Virus record (IMG/VR): IMGVR_UViG_3300045999_002371
Location: 12,312-76,311 of that record
Origin: a virus
Reading direction: 5' to 3' (one strand)
DNA: 64,000 nt
Shown here: positions 53,807 to 62,538 of the stretch, in pieces
How the letters are laid out: the number at the start of each line of letters is the position of its first letter
How positions within the stretch are numbered: the first letter of the stretch is position 1
The notes under the pieces: model-generated
The model's input: only the letters and a program-made list of their open reading frames with translations
Databases searched by the model: none
Told to the model about the DNA's origin: nothing
Program-made: the position numbers and the translations under genes

Positions 53807-54356
53807 AGAGATAACAATCGCTCTTGCTGAAAAGCCTGAGGATGTACAACTTAACTTCGATCTTGCCGAGGCCTACGATGCAGAGAAGCAATACGCATCT
53901 GCTGCAGGGTTCTACTTGAGAGCCGCTGAATACGGCCACAAGACCCATCCTCTTATTGCATATGCATCCCTGTTAAAAATGGCGTTGTGCTGGTCTTACC
54001 AAGGCGATCGTAATAAGACTGTGTACAACAACCTCATGCAGGCTGTTGCGTACTTACCTAACCGACCAGAGGCATACTTCTTATTGTCCCGTATTCACGA
54101 ACGCAACAAGGAGTACCAGCAGTGCTATACCTATGCGGAGATGGGTTTGCTCTATGCAACTACTACCTTCCACAACCCACTGCCAGCACATGTTGACTAC
54201 CACGGCTCATACTGCTTGATGTTTGAGAAGGCTGTAGCAGGTTGGTGGTTAGGCCGCAAAGAAGAGAGTAAAGTTCTATTCCAGCATCTACTCGATGATC
54301 ACCAGATGGCACCAGAGTATGTAAGCGGTTGCCTCAATAATATGAAGTTGTTCTAA
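53796..54356 (+). CDS. tetratricopeptide-repeat protein
   Basis: LA..Y......A...YLRAAE, A...LP.RPEAYFLLS helical repeats. Confidence 0.75.
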   Translation: MGIKEITIALAEKPEDVQLNFDLAEAYDAEKQYASAAGFYLRAAEYGHKTHPLIAYASLLKMALCWSYQGDRNKTVYNNLMQAVAYLPNRPEAYFLLSRIHERNKEYQQCYTYAEMGLLYATTTFHNPLPAHVDYHGSYCLMFEKAVAGWWLGRKEESKVLFQHLLDDHQMAPEYVSGCLNNMKLF

Positions 54357-54357
54357 T

Positions 54358-54888
54358 ATGTTTCCTAATTGGTTTAAAGATGTAGAGAAGTACTTCCGTC
54401 ATGTGCCCAATGTGCCACTTCGTGCATTACAGATCGGCACCTATACAGGCGATGCCACAGAGTGGCTGATGGACAACTGCGAGATCGAGTACCTCGATGA
54501 TGTCGACACCTGGGAGGGAAGTGAAGAGAAGGCACATGATCAGATTGACTTCACCTCTGTCGAGGACTACTACGACTCACGGTTTAAAGACCCACGCATT
54601 ACCAAACACAAGATGACTAGCGATGAGTTCTTCAATCGTCCATCTCGTACATATAACTTCATCTATATTGATGGCGATCACACAGCGCTACAGACCGCTC
54701 TGGATGGACTTAATGCCTTCAAACTCCTTGAGAAGGGTGGCGTGATGGCATTTGATGACTACCTATGGAACTACAACGGAGACCGCTTCCTAGAGCCTAA
54801 GAGGGGCGTAGACGGCTTCCTAGAGGTATGTAAGGACCAGTACACAGTCATTGAATCTGGATATCAGTTGTGGATTGAGAAGTGCTAG
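54358..54888 (+). CDS. class I SAM-dependent methyltransferase (sugar O-methyltransferase-like)
   Basis: LQIGTYTG, VDTW.GS.E, FIYIDGDH, LL..GGVMAFDDY. Confidence 0.85.
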   Translation: MFPNWFKDVEKYFRHVPNVPLRALQIGTYTGDATEWLMDNCEIEYLDDVDTWEGSEEKAHDQIDFTSVEDYYDSRFKDPRITKHKMTSDEFFNRPSRTYNFIYIDGDHTALQTALDGLNAFKLLEKGGVMAFDDYLWNYNGDRFLEPKRGVDGFLEVCKDQYTVIESGYQLWIEKC

Positions 54889-55613
54889 ATAACGCCTGCT
54901 ATGAAGTCTTTCATACGGATACTGGAAATAACTTACGTAATAAATCCTATGAAGGAATTGTAGAGGCGCTCTCTTTCTTGCCTCGTCTGGGTTCGCCCAC
55001 AATGTACTTGAACACAGCAGATAAGGCTGAGGCGTTTGTTAATCAGACACCTGGCTTTAAGGTCAACACAGTCCATGACTACTGCCAACCAGGTGAGACA
55101 TTCCCACCATCTGCTGGAGTTGTTGGGGTGTGGGCTAGTAACTACCTTGCTTATAAGAAGTTCTTAGAGACAGATTACGACACTCTAATCATCTTTGAAG
55201 ATGACATCTTGGTGAGCAAGAACTTTAAAGAGATTGTCACCATGTACATGCAGGAGTTAATGCCCATCTGGGACTTCTTCTCATTCTTTGTTCCAGATGA
55301 TTCCCTGTTTGCCTACAACGAGGCAGCGCATGATCTTGGTGAGGAGTACACCTGCCGCTCATACCAGCAGTGGTCGTGTGCAGGGTATGCAGTCAGTCGC
55401 AAGGGTGCACAACGAGCAGTTGAGGATGTGGAATTACGAGGCATCAACTGCCCAGTTGATTGGTACATCTTTAATTTCCGCATGAAGAAGGAAGAAGATC
55501 AGATGACCTTCAATACCTTCACAGTAAAGCCTGGTGTATACCGCCCCATTAAGTTCTTACAAGAGGCAGCACAAGTCAGCCAGATACATCGGGGTAGTAC
55601 AGAACTGCTTTAG
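54882..55613 (+). CDS. glycosyltransferase family 25-like
   Basis: G..G.WAS, LIIFEDD, GYAVS.KGA, PVDW. Confidence 0.78.
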   Translation: MLDNACYEVFHTDTGNNLRNKSYEGIVEALSFLPRLGSPTMYLNTADKAEAFVNQTPGFKVNTVHDYCQPGETFPPSAGVVGVWASNYLAYKKFLETDYDTLIIFEDDILVSKNFKEIVTMYMQELMPIWDFFSFFVPDDSLFAYNEAAHDLGEEYTCRSYQQWSCAGYAVSRKGAQRAVEDVELRGINCPVDWYIFNFRMKKEEDQMTFNTFTVKPGVYRPIKFLQEAAQVSQIHRGSTELL

Positions 55614-55614
55614 G

Positions 55615-56907
55615 CTACATTCCACCAAGCATAAGTACGTCTGCAACAGTTGCACTTCCTGACGGCGAAGTACCTGCAGTACCCTGAGTTCCACCAGTTC
55701 CCTGTGTACCTTGAGCACCGACTGTACCTTGAGTACCAATACCAGTTGTACCTTGTACGCCCTGTGTTCCTTCAGTTCCTTGTGCGCCTACAGCACCTTG
55801 TGTGCCTACAGTTCCCTGTGTTCCGTCAGTTCCTTGTGAGCCTACTGTGCCCTGGGCACCTACTGCACCCTGTGCACCTTCGGTTCCTTGAGTTCCTGCA
55901 GTTCCCTGAACACCAGTATCACCCTTATCACCCGTACGAGCAAATGTGATTACGATGTCATCTGAGTTAGATAGTGTTCCGTTACCAGATACGTAAGAGC
56001 AGTTAACTGTAAACCAGCCAGTGTTATCTGTAAGAGAACCAATTGTGTAGAGTTTAAATACGCTGTCATCAAACTTCTTAGAGACACGGAAGTGTCCTTT
56101 AATAGTTGATGTGGAATCATCGATTGTGTTTAAGAATGTTGAGAGATCTGTTGCAGCATCATCACTTGCATCGATGTACATAGCAGTTGCTGTTGTAGGA
56201 GAGGCATTGAAACGAAGGTTGCCTGCACCTGGATCAGCCTCTGTTGTTGTTGTACTGAAGGTGTAATCAAATGAAGCGCCACCGAAATTACCCGCAGAAC
56301 CCTGTACACCTAGAAGACCTTGTACACCCTGAGTTCCCTGTGTTCCTTGAGTTCCCTGGGTACCTTGAGTTCCTTGGGTGCCTTGGGTTCCTTGTGTACC
56401 GACAGTTCCTTGGCTACCTAGGGTTCCTTGTGTACCTTGTGTACCCTGAACACCCTCAGTACCTTGAGAACCTACCGCACCCTGAGTTCCTAGGGTTCCT
56501 TGAGATCCTTCGGTTCCTTGTGAGCCTACTGTGCCCTGGGCACCAGTAGTTCCCTGAACTGTAGGTACTGATACATCGATACCTTGTACTGCGGCGTTGT
56601 AAGAGAAAGTGATGTTGCTTAGTGTTCCAGCATTTAGAATTGTGCTTAATGTTGACGCAGTTAAGTACTTGTTAAGGGCACCTTCTGTAAGGTCATCGGT
56701 AGTACTTAATTCACTGGCGCTGATCAGGCTTGCGATACCGTCTTCATCAAGGAAGTAAGGAAGATCGCTGTAGACAGTAGATCCACCTACACCCACCTTG
56801 AACTTGCCAGTGTTGGTTTCAAAACCAATCTCACCAGCAGCAAGGACGGGGTCTGAGGTATCCCATTGAGTAGCAGTTCCACGGCGTACTTGGATTCTAA
56901 TTGCCAT
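55615..56907 (-). CDS. collagen-like fibre protein with Mtd/hyaluronidase-type N-terminal anchor
   Basis: IQVRRGTA.QW....PVLA.GEIGFET.TGKFKVG; G-x-Q triplets flanking one globular insert. Confidence 0.8.
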   Translation of the reverse strand: MAIRIQVRRGTATQWDTSDPVLAAGEIGFETNTGKFKVGVGGSTVYSDLPYFLDEDGIASLISASELSTTDDLTEGALNKYLTASTLSTILNAGTLSNITFSYNAAVQGIDVSVPTVQGTTGAQGTVGSQGTEGSQGTLGTQGAVGSQGTEGVQGTQGTQGTLGSQGTVGTQGTQGTQGTQGTQGTQGTQGTQGVQGLLGVQGSAGNFGGASFDYTFSTTTTEADPGAGNLRFNASPTTATAMYIDASDDAATDLSTFLNTIDDSTSTIKGHFRVSKKFDDSVFKLYTIGSLTDNTGWFTVNCSYVSGNGTLSNSDDIVITFARTGDKGDTGVQGTAGTQGTEGAQGAVGAQGTVGSQGTDGTQGTVGTQGAVGAQGTEGTQGVQGTTGIGTQGTVGAQGTQGTGGTQGTAGTSPSGSATVADVLMLGGM

Positions 56908-57170
56908 TAAGCGTTTCCTCCATCGAAGGTTGTTTCAAAGTCAGTAGTATCTGCAAGTCCACCATCAAGATCACTTGGTTGTGCTGAACCAACAATTCCA
57001 CCATCTTCTGTTACTGGTTGAATATTCGGCAAAAATTCTAGCCAACTTACTCCGTTGTATACGAAGAAACTCTGGCTAATAGAGTTAAAGTAGACGTCAC
57101 CATCGTACCGTCCAGCAGGTTCTATGTTGCTGGACAGTACGTTGATAGGGACGAGTGCTTTTTTGCTCAT
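56907..57170 (-). CDS. small structural protein
   Basis: GDVYFN......VY.G..W and DGG motifs typical of fibre proteins. Confidence 0.6.
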   Translation of the reverse strand: MSKKALVPINVLSSNIEPAGRYDGDVYFNSISQSFFVYNGVSWLEFLPNIQPVTEDGGIVGSAQPSDLDGGLADTTDFETTFDGGNA

Positions 57171-57173
57171 GTG

Positions 57174-60100
57174 TTACGCCTTGACTACCACTCTGTATGA
57201 CTGAGATGTGAGTGGAGCGACTGCAAATCCGACTGTGACTGTGGATGTTGTTACGTACACGACATCAGTTACAACTTCAGCCTTTGATGCGGTATCCCAG
57301 ACTGTGACCATGATGTCTGTAGTACCTAGGCTGTGTGTAATTGTGAACTGTGTAGTTCCAGTTGCTCCACCGTCTGTAGAGGTTCCAGTAATAGTTGTTG
57401 CGTAGGTTCCTAGTTGACCAGAAGTACCTTGTGCACCTTCTGTACCTTGGGCTCCAAGTGTTCCTTGGGTACCAACAGTTCCTTGAGCGCCTTCAGTGCC
57501 TTGGGCACCTTCAGTTCCCTGAGTACCAAGAGTACCTTGGGCTCCTTCGGTACCTTGGGCTCCTACAGTTCCCTGTACTCCTTGAGCACCAGTTGTACCT
57601 TGTACACCAGTAGCACCATCAAGGTTGATAGACCAAGAAGAATACTCTCCTGAACCTCTAACGTCATTGACGTCTACAACGAGTGTGTTAGTTCCTGCTG
57701 TGTAACTGACTACAGTTGCAGACATGTTGTTGTTTACATCGTAAGCAACTACTACATCTTGACCAACTGAGTATGAGAGATCAGCATCTGCTAATACAAA
57801 ACTTACGTTGTTTGCTACTGCAATCGAACGTGTTGTAGAAGAGGTTGTCTTGTAACGGTCTGAGTGTCCTTCAGTACCCTGAGAACCCTCGATACCTTGG
57901 GCGCCTTCAGTTCCCTGTGCACCCTCCGTACCTTGAGATCCTTCGGTTCCCTGAGTTCCCTCAGTACCTTGAGTACCTTCAGTACCTTGGGCGCCTTCAG
58001 TACCCTGTGCACCGACAGTGCCCTGTGTGCCTTCAGTACCTTGGGAACCAACTGTTCCTTGAACACCCTTAGGTAAGTAGAGGTCCCAATCAGCAGGGGT
58101 GCTAACTGGATCACCTAGTTCGCCGTTTGAAGTTGCGATGTATAGGTTTCCGTCAGAGCCAGATACAACAGCAACTCCGCTGGTGTAACCGTTTCCACTG
58201 ATGAAGTTACCTAAGTAAACAAAACCAGTTCCAGTTGCTCCTAGTGTTCCTTGAGCACCTTCTGTACCTTGAGCACCCTCTGTACCCTGTGTACCTTCAG
58301 ACCCTTGTACGCCTTGCGTACCTTCAGATCCTTGTACGCCCTGTACACCTTCGATACCCTGAGCACCTTCGGTGCCTTGAGTTCCTTGGGCTCCGAGTGT
58401 TCCTTGAGTTCCCTGAGTTCCCTCAGTACCTTGAACGCCCTGGGCTCCTTCAGTACCTTGTGTACCCTGAGCACCGACGTCACCAGTACGAGCAAATGTG
58501 AAGAGAAGTTCGTCTCCGTCAGTAAATGTTCCGTTACCAGATACGTAAGCAACTTCTACATCAAACCAACTAGTGCTATCTGTAACACCCGAAATTGTGT
58601 AGAGTGCAAAAGTAGCAGTATCAAATTTTCTAGATACCTTTACGTGACCCTTGATGGTAGATGTTGAATCATCAATAGTAGTTAAGAAGTTAGAGACGTC
58701 ATAGTTACCATCAGCAGGATTATCATCCAGTGCCAGGTGTGTAACTAGAGTCGGATTAGCATTGTTAAAACGAGCATTGTTGTCGCCTGGGTCTGACATT
58801 GTTGTGCCATCATCGTAGTTGTAGGCAACTGTGATACCACCGAAGTTACCTTCAGCACCCTGTAGACCTTGCTGACCTTCTAGGCCTTGCGCTCCCTCAG
58901 TACCCTGAGTTCCTTGAGCGCCTTCTGCTCCTTGGGTTCCCTGAGTACCTTCAGTACCTTGTACTCCCTGAGTACCTTCGGTTCCCTGTGTGCCTTGAGT
59001 TCCCTCAGATCCTTGGACTCCTTGAGTTCCATCAGTTCCTTGAGTGCCCTGTGCACCTTCGGTGCCTTGTGCTCCTTCAGTTCCTTGTGTACCCTCAGTT
59101 CCTTGAGCACCAGTTGTTCCTTGAGAACCTTGTGCAGCAATTAATGTCCAGTAAGTTCCTTCTGCAGGAGTGTCTCCAGTGTTGCCACCGTGAGCGTCGA
59201 TGCGGTACCAAGTCTGGCCGTTGTATGTGGCTACATCTCCAATTGCATACGCATTTCCGCCACCGTAAGCACCTGTAAAGTTCCAAAGGGCTGCTGTACC
59301 TTGAGTACCTTGAGAGCCCTCTGTACCTTGTGCACCTTCAGTTCCTTGCGCTCCTTCAGTACCTTGAGCACCAGTAGTACCGTCGGTACCCTGAGCACCA
59401 GTCGCACCTTCAGTTCCTTGAGCACCAGTAGTACCCTGAGTACCCTGAGCACCCACATCTCCTGTACGAGCAAATGTTAGAAGAACATCGTCTTCATCTG
59501 TGAAAGAACCAGAACCAGACAAGTATGTAATGTCAACATCAAAGTATGTAGCGTTATCAACCATTGAGTTGATCGCATACATAGCAAATACTGCACTATT
59601 TGATTTAAGCGAAATCTTTAGGTGACCCTTAACTGTTGAAGTAGAGTCATCAATTGTTTGTAGGTATGGGTGGATGTCTACGGATGCAGCATTTACGTCA
59701 TCAATTGCAAGATGTGTTGCAGAGGCTGCCGCAGCATTAAGGCGGATGTATGTATCGCCTGGGTCTGCCATCGTTGTTGATGAGTCATAGTTGTACTCAA
59801 AAGTTACACCACCGAATGAACCTTCAGCACCTTGTGTACCTTGCGATCCTTCTAATCCTTGTGCACCCTCAATACCTTGGGCGCCTTCAGTTCCTTGCGC
59901 TCCTTCAGTTCCTTGCGTTCCATTGGAACCGTCTAGACCTTGTGCACCGTCTGTACCTTGTGCACCTTCGGTGCCCTGCGCTCCTTCAGTACCCTGAGCA
60001 CCTTCGGTACCTTGCGTACCGTTAGATCCATCAAGACCTTGTGCACCGTCTGTACCTTGAGTACCTTGCGAACCTTCAGTTCCTTGAGTTCCATTTGCAC

Positions 60101-60344
60101 CATCAAGACCCTGTGCACCAGCAGTACCTTGCGTACCCTGTGCTCCAGTAGTTCCTTGTGTGCCTTGGCTTGCGTTGATCCACGCAGTGCCGTTCCATGT
60201 CTTTACAACCTTATCGTCAGTGTCATAGTAAATCTGACCTTCGACTGGGTTGGCTGGCTTATTGACTGTAGCGAGGTTCTGAATACGGGCATTCTGAAGT
60301 TCAAGTTTGCCTAAATCAATCGGGGTTAAAAACTTACGGGCCAC
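57174..60344 (-). CDS. long collagen-like fibre protein with interspersed globular domains
   Basis: 1056 aa; GTQ/GTE/GAQ triplet blocks separated by globular inserts; C-terminal ITHSLGT.D..V domain. Confidence 0.85.
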   Translation of the reverse strand: MARKFLTPIDLGKLELQNARIQNLATVNKPANPVEGQIYYDTDDKVVKTWNGTAWINASQGTQGTTGAQGTQGTAGAQGLDGANGTQGTEGSQGTQGTDGAQGLDGSNGTQGTEGAQGTEGAQGTEGAQGTDGAQGLDGSNGTQGTEGAQGTEGAQGIEGAQGLEGSQGTQGAEGSFGGVTFEYNYDSSTTMADPGDTYIRLNAAAASATHLAIDDVNAASVDIHPYLQTIDDSTSTVKGHLKISLKSNSAVFAMYAINSMVDNATYFDVDITYLSGSGSFTDEDDVLLTFARTGDVGAQGTQGTTGAQGTEGATGAQGTDGTTGAQGTEGAQGTEGAQGTEGSQGTQGTAALWNFTGAYGGGNAYAIGDVATYNGQTWYRIDAHGGNTGDTPAEGTYWTLIAAQGSQGTTGAQGTEGTQGTEGAQGTEGAQGTQGTDGTQGVQGSEGTQGTQGTEGTQGVQGTEGTQGTQGAEGAQGTQGTEGAQGLEGQQGLQGAEGNFGGITVAYNYDDGTTMSDPGDNNARFNNANPTLVTHLALDDNPADGNYDVSNFLTTIDDSTSTIKGHVKVSRKFDTATFALYTISGVTDSTSWFDVEVAYVSGNGTFTDGDELLFTFARTGDVGAQGTQGTEGAQGVQGTEGTQGTQGTLGAQGTQGTEGAQGIEGVQGVQGSEGTQGVQGSEGTQGTEGAQGTEGAQGTLGATGTGFVYLGNFISGNGYTSGVAVVSGSDGNLYIATSNGELGDPVSTPADWDLYLPKGVQGTVGSQGTEGTQGTVGAQGTEGAQGTEGTQGTEGTQGTEGSQGTEGAQGTEGAQGIEGSQGTEGHSDRYKTTSSTTRSIAVANNVSFVLADADLSYSVGQDVVVAYDVNNNMSATVVSYTAGTNTLVVDVNDVRGSGEYSSWSINLDGATGVQGTTGAQGVQGTVGAQGTEGAQGTLGTQGTEGAQGTEGAQGTVGTQGTLGAQGTEGAQGTSGQLGTYATTITGTSTDGGATGTTQFTITHSLGTTDIMVTVWDTASKAEVVTDVVYVTTSTVTVGFAVAPLTSQSYRVVVKA

Positions 60345-60356
60345 GGTCTATCTCCT

Positions 60357-60893
60357 TTAAGATAAGTAGGCATTACCTGAGAATGCGGATTGAAAAGAGA
60401 CCGTTAATGAGTTCGAATTAGTGTACGCAATTTCACCTTCAACAAGGTTACCAGCAGAGTCTACAACTGTAACGTTAGGCTTGAAGCCTAAATTGTGATT
60501 GATCACCCAGGAGTTGCTGGCTGATCCTTGCATGTGCTCGTGTGATACACGACCAACTGTAAAATACTTGTTTGTAGTACCTTCGACAAGGTCATCAGTG
60601 CTAGTGATATCTGAGCCACCGATACCAGGTTCACCCTGAGGTCCTTGAGGACCTGCTACACCTTGTGTGCCAGTACCAGTTGCTCCTTGGGTTCCTTGCG
60701 TACCAATTCCAGTTGTACCCTGTACGCCCTGTGTTCCTTGGGCTCCTCTAACACCTTGAGTACCCTGTGCGCCATCGGTGCCACCACCAAGGCCTGTGTT
60801 TATAAGGGTGCCTTCAGGTGTTGTGATCAGGACTACGTCATTGACTGCAATAGGAATGTTTGCAGATCCTGGACGGATGTACTGGTTTGTCAT
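60357..60893 (-). CDS. short collagen-like structural protein
   Basis: G-x-Q triplets, TDDL.EG..NKYFT, W.INHNLG..P.VTV.D. Confidence 0.75.
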   Translation of the reverse strand: MTNQYIRPGSANIPIAVNDVVLITTPEGTLINTGLGGGTDGAQGTQGVRGAQGTQGVQGTTGIGTQGTQGATGTGTQGVAGPQGPQGEPGIGGSDITSTDDLVEGTTNKYFTVGRVSHEHMQGSASNSWVINHNLGFKPNVTVVDSAGNLVEGEIAYTNSNSLTVSFQSAFSGNAYLS

Positions 60894-61948
60894 AGACTTA
60901 CCTCTTTTGTGACGAAGATTATTCCAGAGACGTAAGTGTGAGTTACACCATCTGCGTCTGTCAATTGTACGTCATAGTAGCACTTGCCAGGAAGTAAACG
61001 AGTCTGTTCACCAGTAAGTGAAAGAACAAGTGTTCGTTTGTTATCGCCGTCTTCAACAAGGTCTGGCTTTGTTACAGTAAATTCAGCAAATACAACTGCT
61101 GCACCTGGAAGTGATCTAATCTCTGCCAGTGGGGTTAAGTTGTCTACTTCGAAGTCTAGACGAATAGAGAACTCGTAGTCATCTCCTTCGTAGATGTTGA
61201 GGTCTTGTACAACAGTTGTTGGAGTTGGTTTGACGTTTCCATAGGTAGGAATAGGTAGACGAACTCGTGTCTTAGGTGACTTGTTGTCAATCTCTTGTGG
61301 CTCAAATACTGGTACGTATTCATTGGTAGTCTTTGAGATACGGCGTAATGAAAATACATCGATCTTGTAGAGACCAATACCAAGTTGTGAACAGAGTTCC
61401 TTGTACTGATTCTTGCGAACTTCAATCATCTGCATCAACTGGCGATAACGCTCAGAGCGAGGGATCATCACTCCATCTGGCGCTTGAATGTCAATATCAA
61501 AAGAGGCATCGGTAGCCAGTGTGTACATGGCTAGAGTAGATGCGTAAATAATTACTGGGTACTCTTCTACCGTAGGTAAATTTGCAACAGTCATTGTGCG
61601 GCCGTAAGAGTCTGTGTGAAAAGTAGTGTGCTGTGCAAATGCGTCTAGTATGTACTGAGTTATCTCAGTTTCTGTAAAGTACTTGAAGTAGTTTCCAGCA
61701 ACAATAACGACGTCACCTTCTGCAGGTGTATCATCAAACACGATATATCCAGTCGCCTCTTCTACCTCTACATCAGCAGATACATCTACTCCATCGCTAT
61801 TTATGGCTAAGTATGCACCGTCAAGAGGAGAGTATGGAATAAGAAAACGGTTAGTGGTGCCATCAGCCACAAATTGGTAGACGAAAGACCGACCAATGTC
61901 ACCAAGTTCGTAACGTAGGCGGTTTGACATCGCTGCTAATGTAGCCAC
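60890..61948 (-). CDS. head-tail adaptor/neck protein with C-terminal Ig-like fibre-attachment domain
   Basis: LR.ELGD, DGV.IPRSER, C-terminal I..GD......YYDVQLT; follows capsid genes. Confidence 0.6.
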   Translation of the reverse strand: MATLAAMSNRLRYELGDIGRSFVYQFVADGTTNRFLIPYSPLDGAYLAINSDGVDVSADVEVEEATGYIVFDDTPAEGDVVIVAGNYFKYFTETEITQYILDAFAQHTTFHTDSYGRTMTVANLPTVEEYPVIIYASTLAMYTLATDASFDIDIQAPDGVMIPRSERYRQLMQMIEVRKNQYKELCSQLGIGLYKIDVFSLRRISKTTNEYVPVFEPQEIDNKSPKTRVRLPIPTYGNVKPTPTTVVQDLNIYEGDDYEFSIRLDFEVDNLTPLAEIRSLPGAAVVFAEFTVTKPDLVEDGDNKRTLVLSLTGEQTRLLPGKCYYDVQLTDADGVTHTYVSGIIFVTKEVSL

Positions 61949-62006
61949 TTAACCTCCGTAAAATTACTGTGCCTATCATCTCGTGTAATTAAGATTTACA
62001 CAGTGC

Positions 62007-62062
62007 AAAAAAGGCCCAACCCCCAACTGGGAGGAGGGCGGGAACCAGTTGAGGGTCGGACT
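62007..62062 (-). terminator. intrinsic terminator with long stem and C-rich loop
   Basis: GUCCGACCCUCAACUGG-UUCCCGCCCUCCUC-CCAGUUGGGGGUUGGGC then CUUUUUU; three G-U pairs fix the strand. Confidence 0.75.
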
Positions 62063-62080
62063 ACTTGTGACGTCTAGTGT

Positions 62081-62452
62081 TTAGTTAGGACGCCAAATAT
62101 ATCCAAGTTGCTCAAGGTAAGCCGCAAGACCTGATGGGACTCGATACTTAACGCCTGCTTTGAAGGTGTAGGAGTTTCCTACTCCGTAAGTCATGTCTTC
62201 GATGTCAGTGATCGTACGGATGACGACCATGTCACCTGCAGTTGATACTCCAACATTTTCGATCTCGTCTAGTACGAGTGGTGCATCTGGATTCTTAGGA
62301 TCAAATACATCCTTCTCCAGACTCTCTGCCTCAAGTTGCGTTGCAATTGAGATTTCTTCTGCACGCTTCTTTAACTCTGCTGCGTTCTTCTTTGTTGCTT
62401 GCTCTTTAGCACGACCTGTTGCGTCTAAAGGACTTACTGGTGTATTTGCCAC
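62081..62452 (-). CDS. capsid-associated hypothetical protein
   Basis: 123-aa ORF directly after the major capsid gene; F..G.KY.VP..LA.YL..LGY. Confidence 0.65.
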   Translation of the reverse strand: MANTPVSPLDATGRAKEQATKKNAAELKKRAEEISIATQLEAESLEKDVFDPKNPDAPLVLDEIENVGVSTAGDMVVIRTITDIEDMTYGVGNSYTFKAGVKYRVPSGLAAYLEQLGYIWRPN

Positions 62453-62484
62453 GGTATGTATTCTCCTAAAGTAGATTGGTTATT

Positions 62485-62525
62485 GATGCCTGGGGACCCA
62501 GGAAGGAGTAGGGTCCCCAGACATC
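62485..62525 (-). other. 15-bp RNA hairpin with anti-SD-like loop after the major capsid gene
   Basis: GAUGUCUGGGGACCC-UACUCCUUCCU-GGGUCCCCAGGCAUC; no U tract. Confidence 0.65.
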
Positions 62526-62538
62526 TGTAAAACTTGTC

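Larger units (their letters stand above)
55670..60780 (-). repeat. interrupted blocks of 9/18-nt periodic coding repeats (GTQ/GTE/GAQ triplets) across three fibre genes
   Basis: Recurrent ccttg/ccttc/ccctg every 9 nt, in blocks separated by unique sequence. Confidence 0.85.

Noticed and set aside
56790-56907. Diversity-generating retroelement suggested by the Mtd-like N-terminus
   Set aside because: Only the anchor domain is present; no reverse transcriptase and no template/variable repeat pair was seen in the window.
46496-60314. Many alternative-frame and antisense ORFs in the ORF track over the collagen genes
   Set aside because: They are by-products of stop-poor repeats (LKVLKE, CTLSTL, VPCAP patterns), without RBS and fully overlapping better-supported genes.
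55670-60780. Periodic repeats as a CRISPR array or non-coding satellite
   Set aside because: The period is 9/18 nt with third-position variation and lies in frame within long ORFs; these are collagen-coding repeats.
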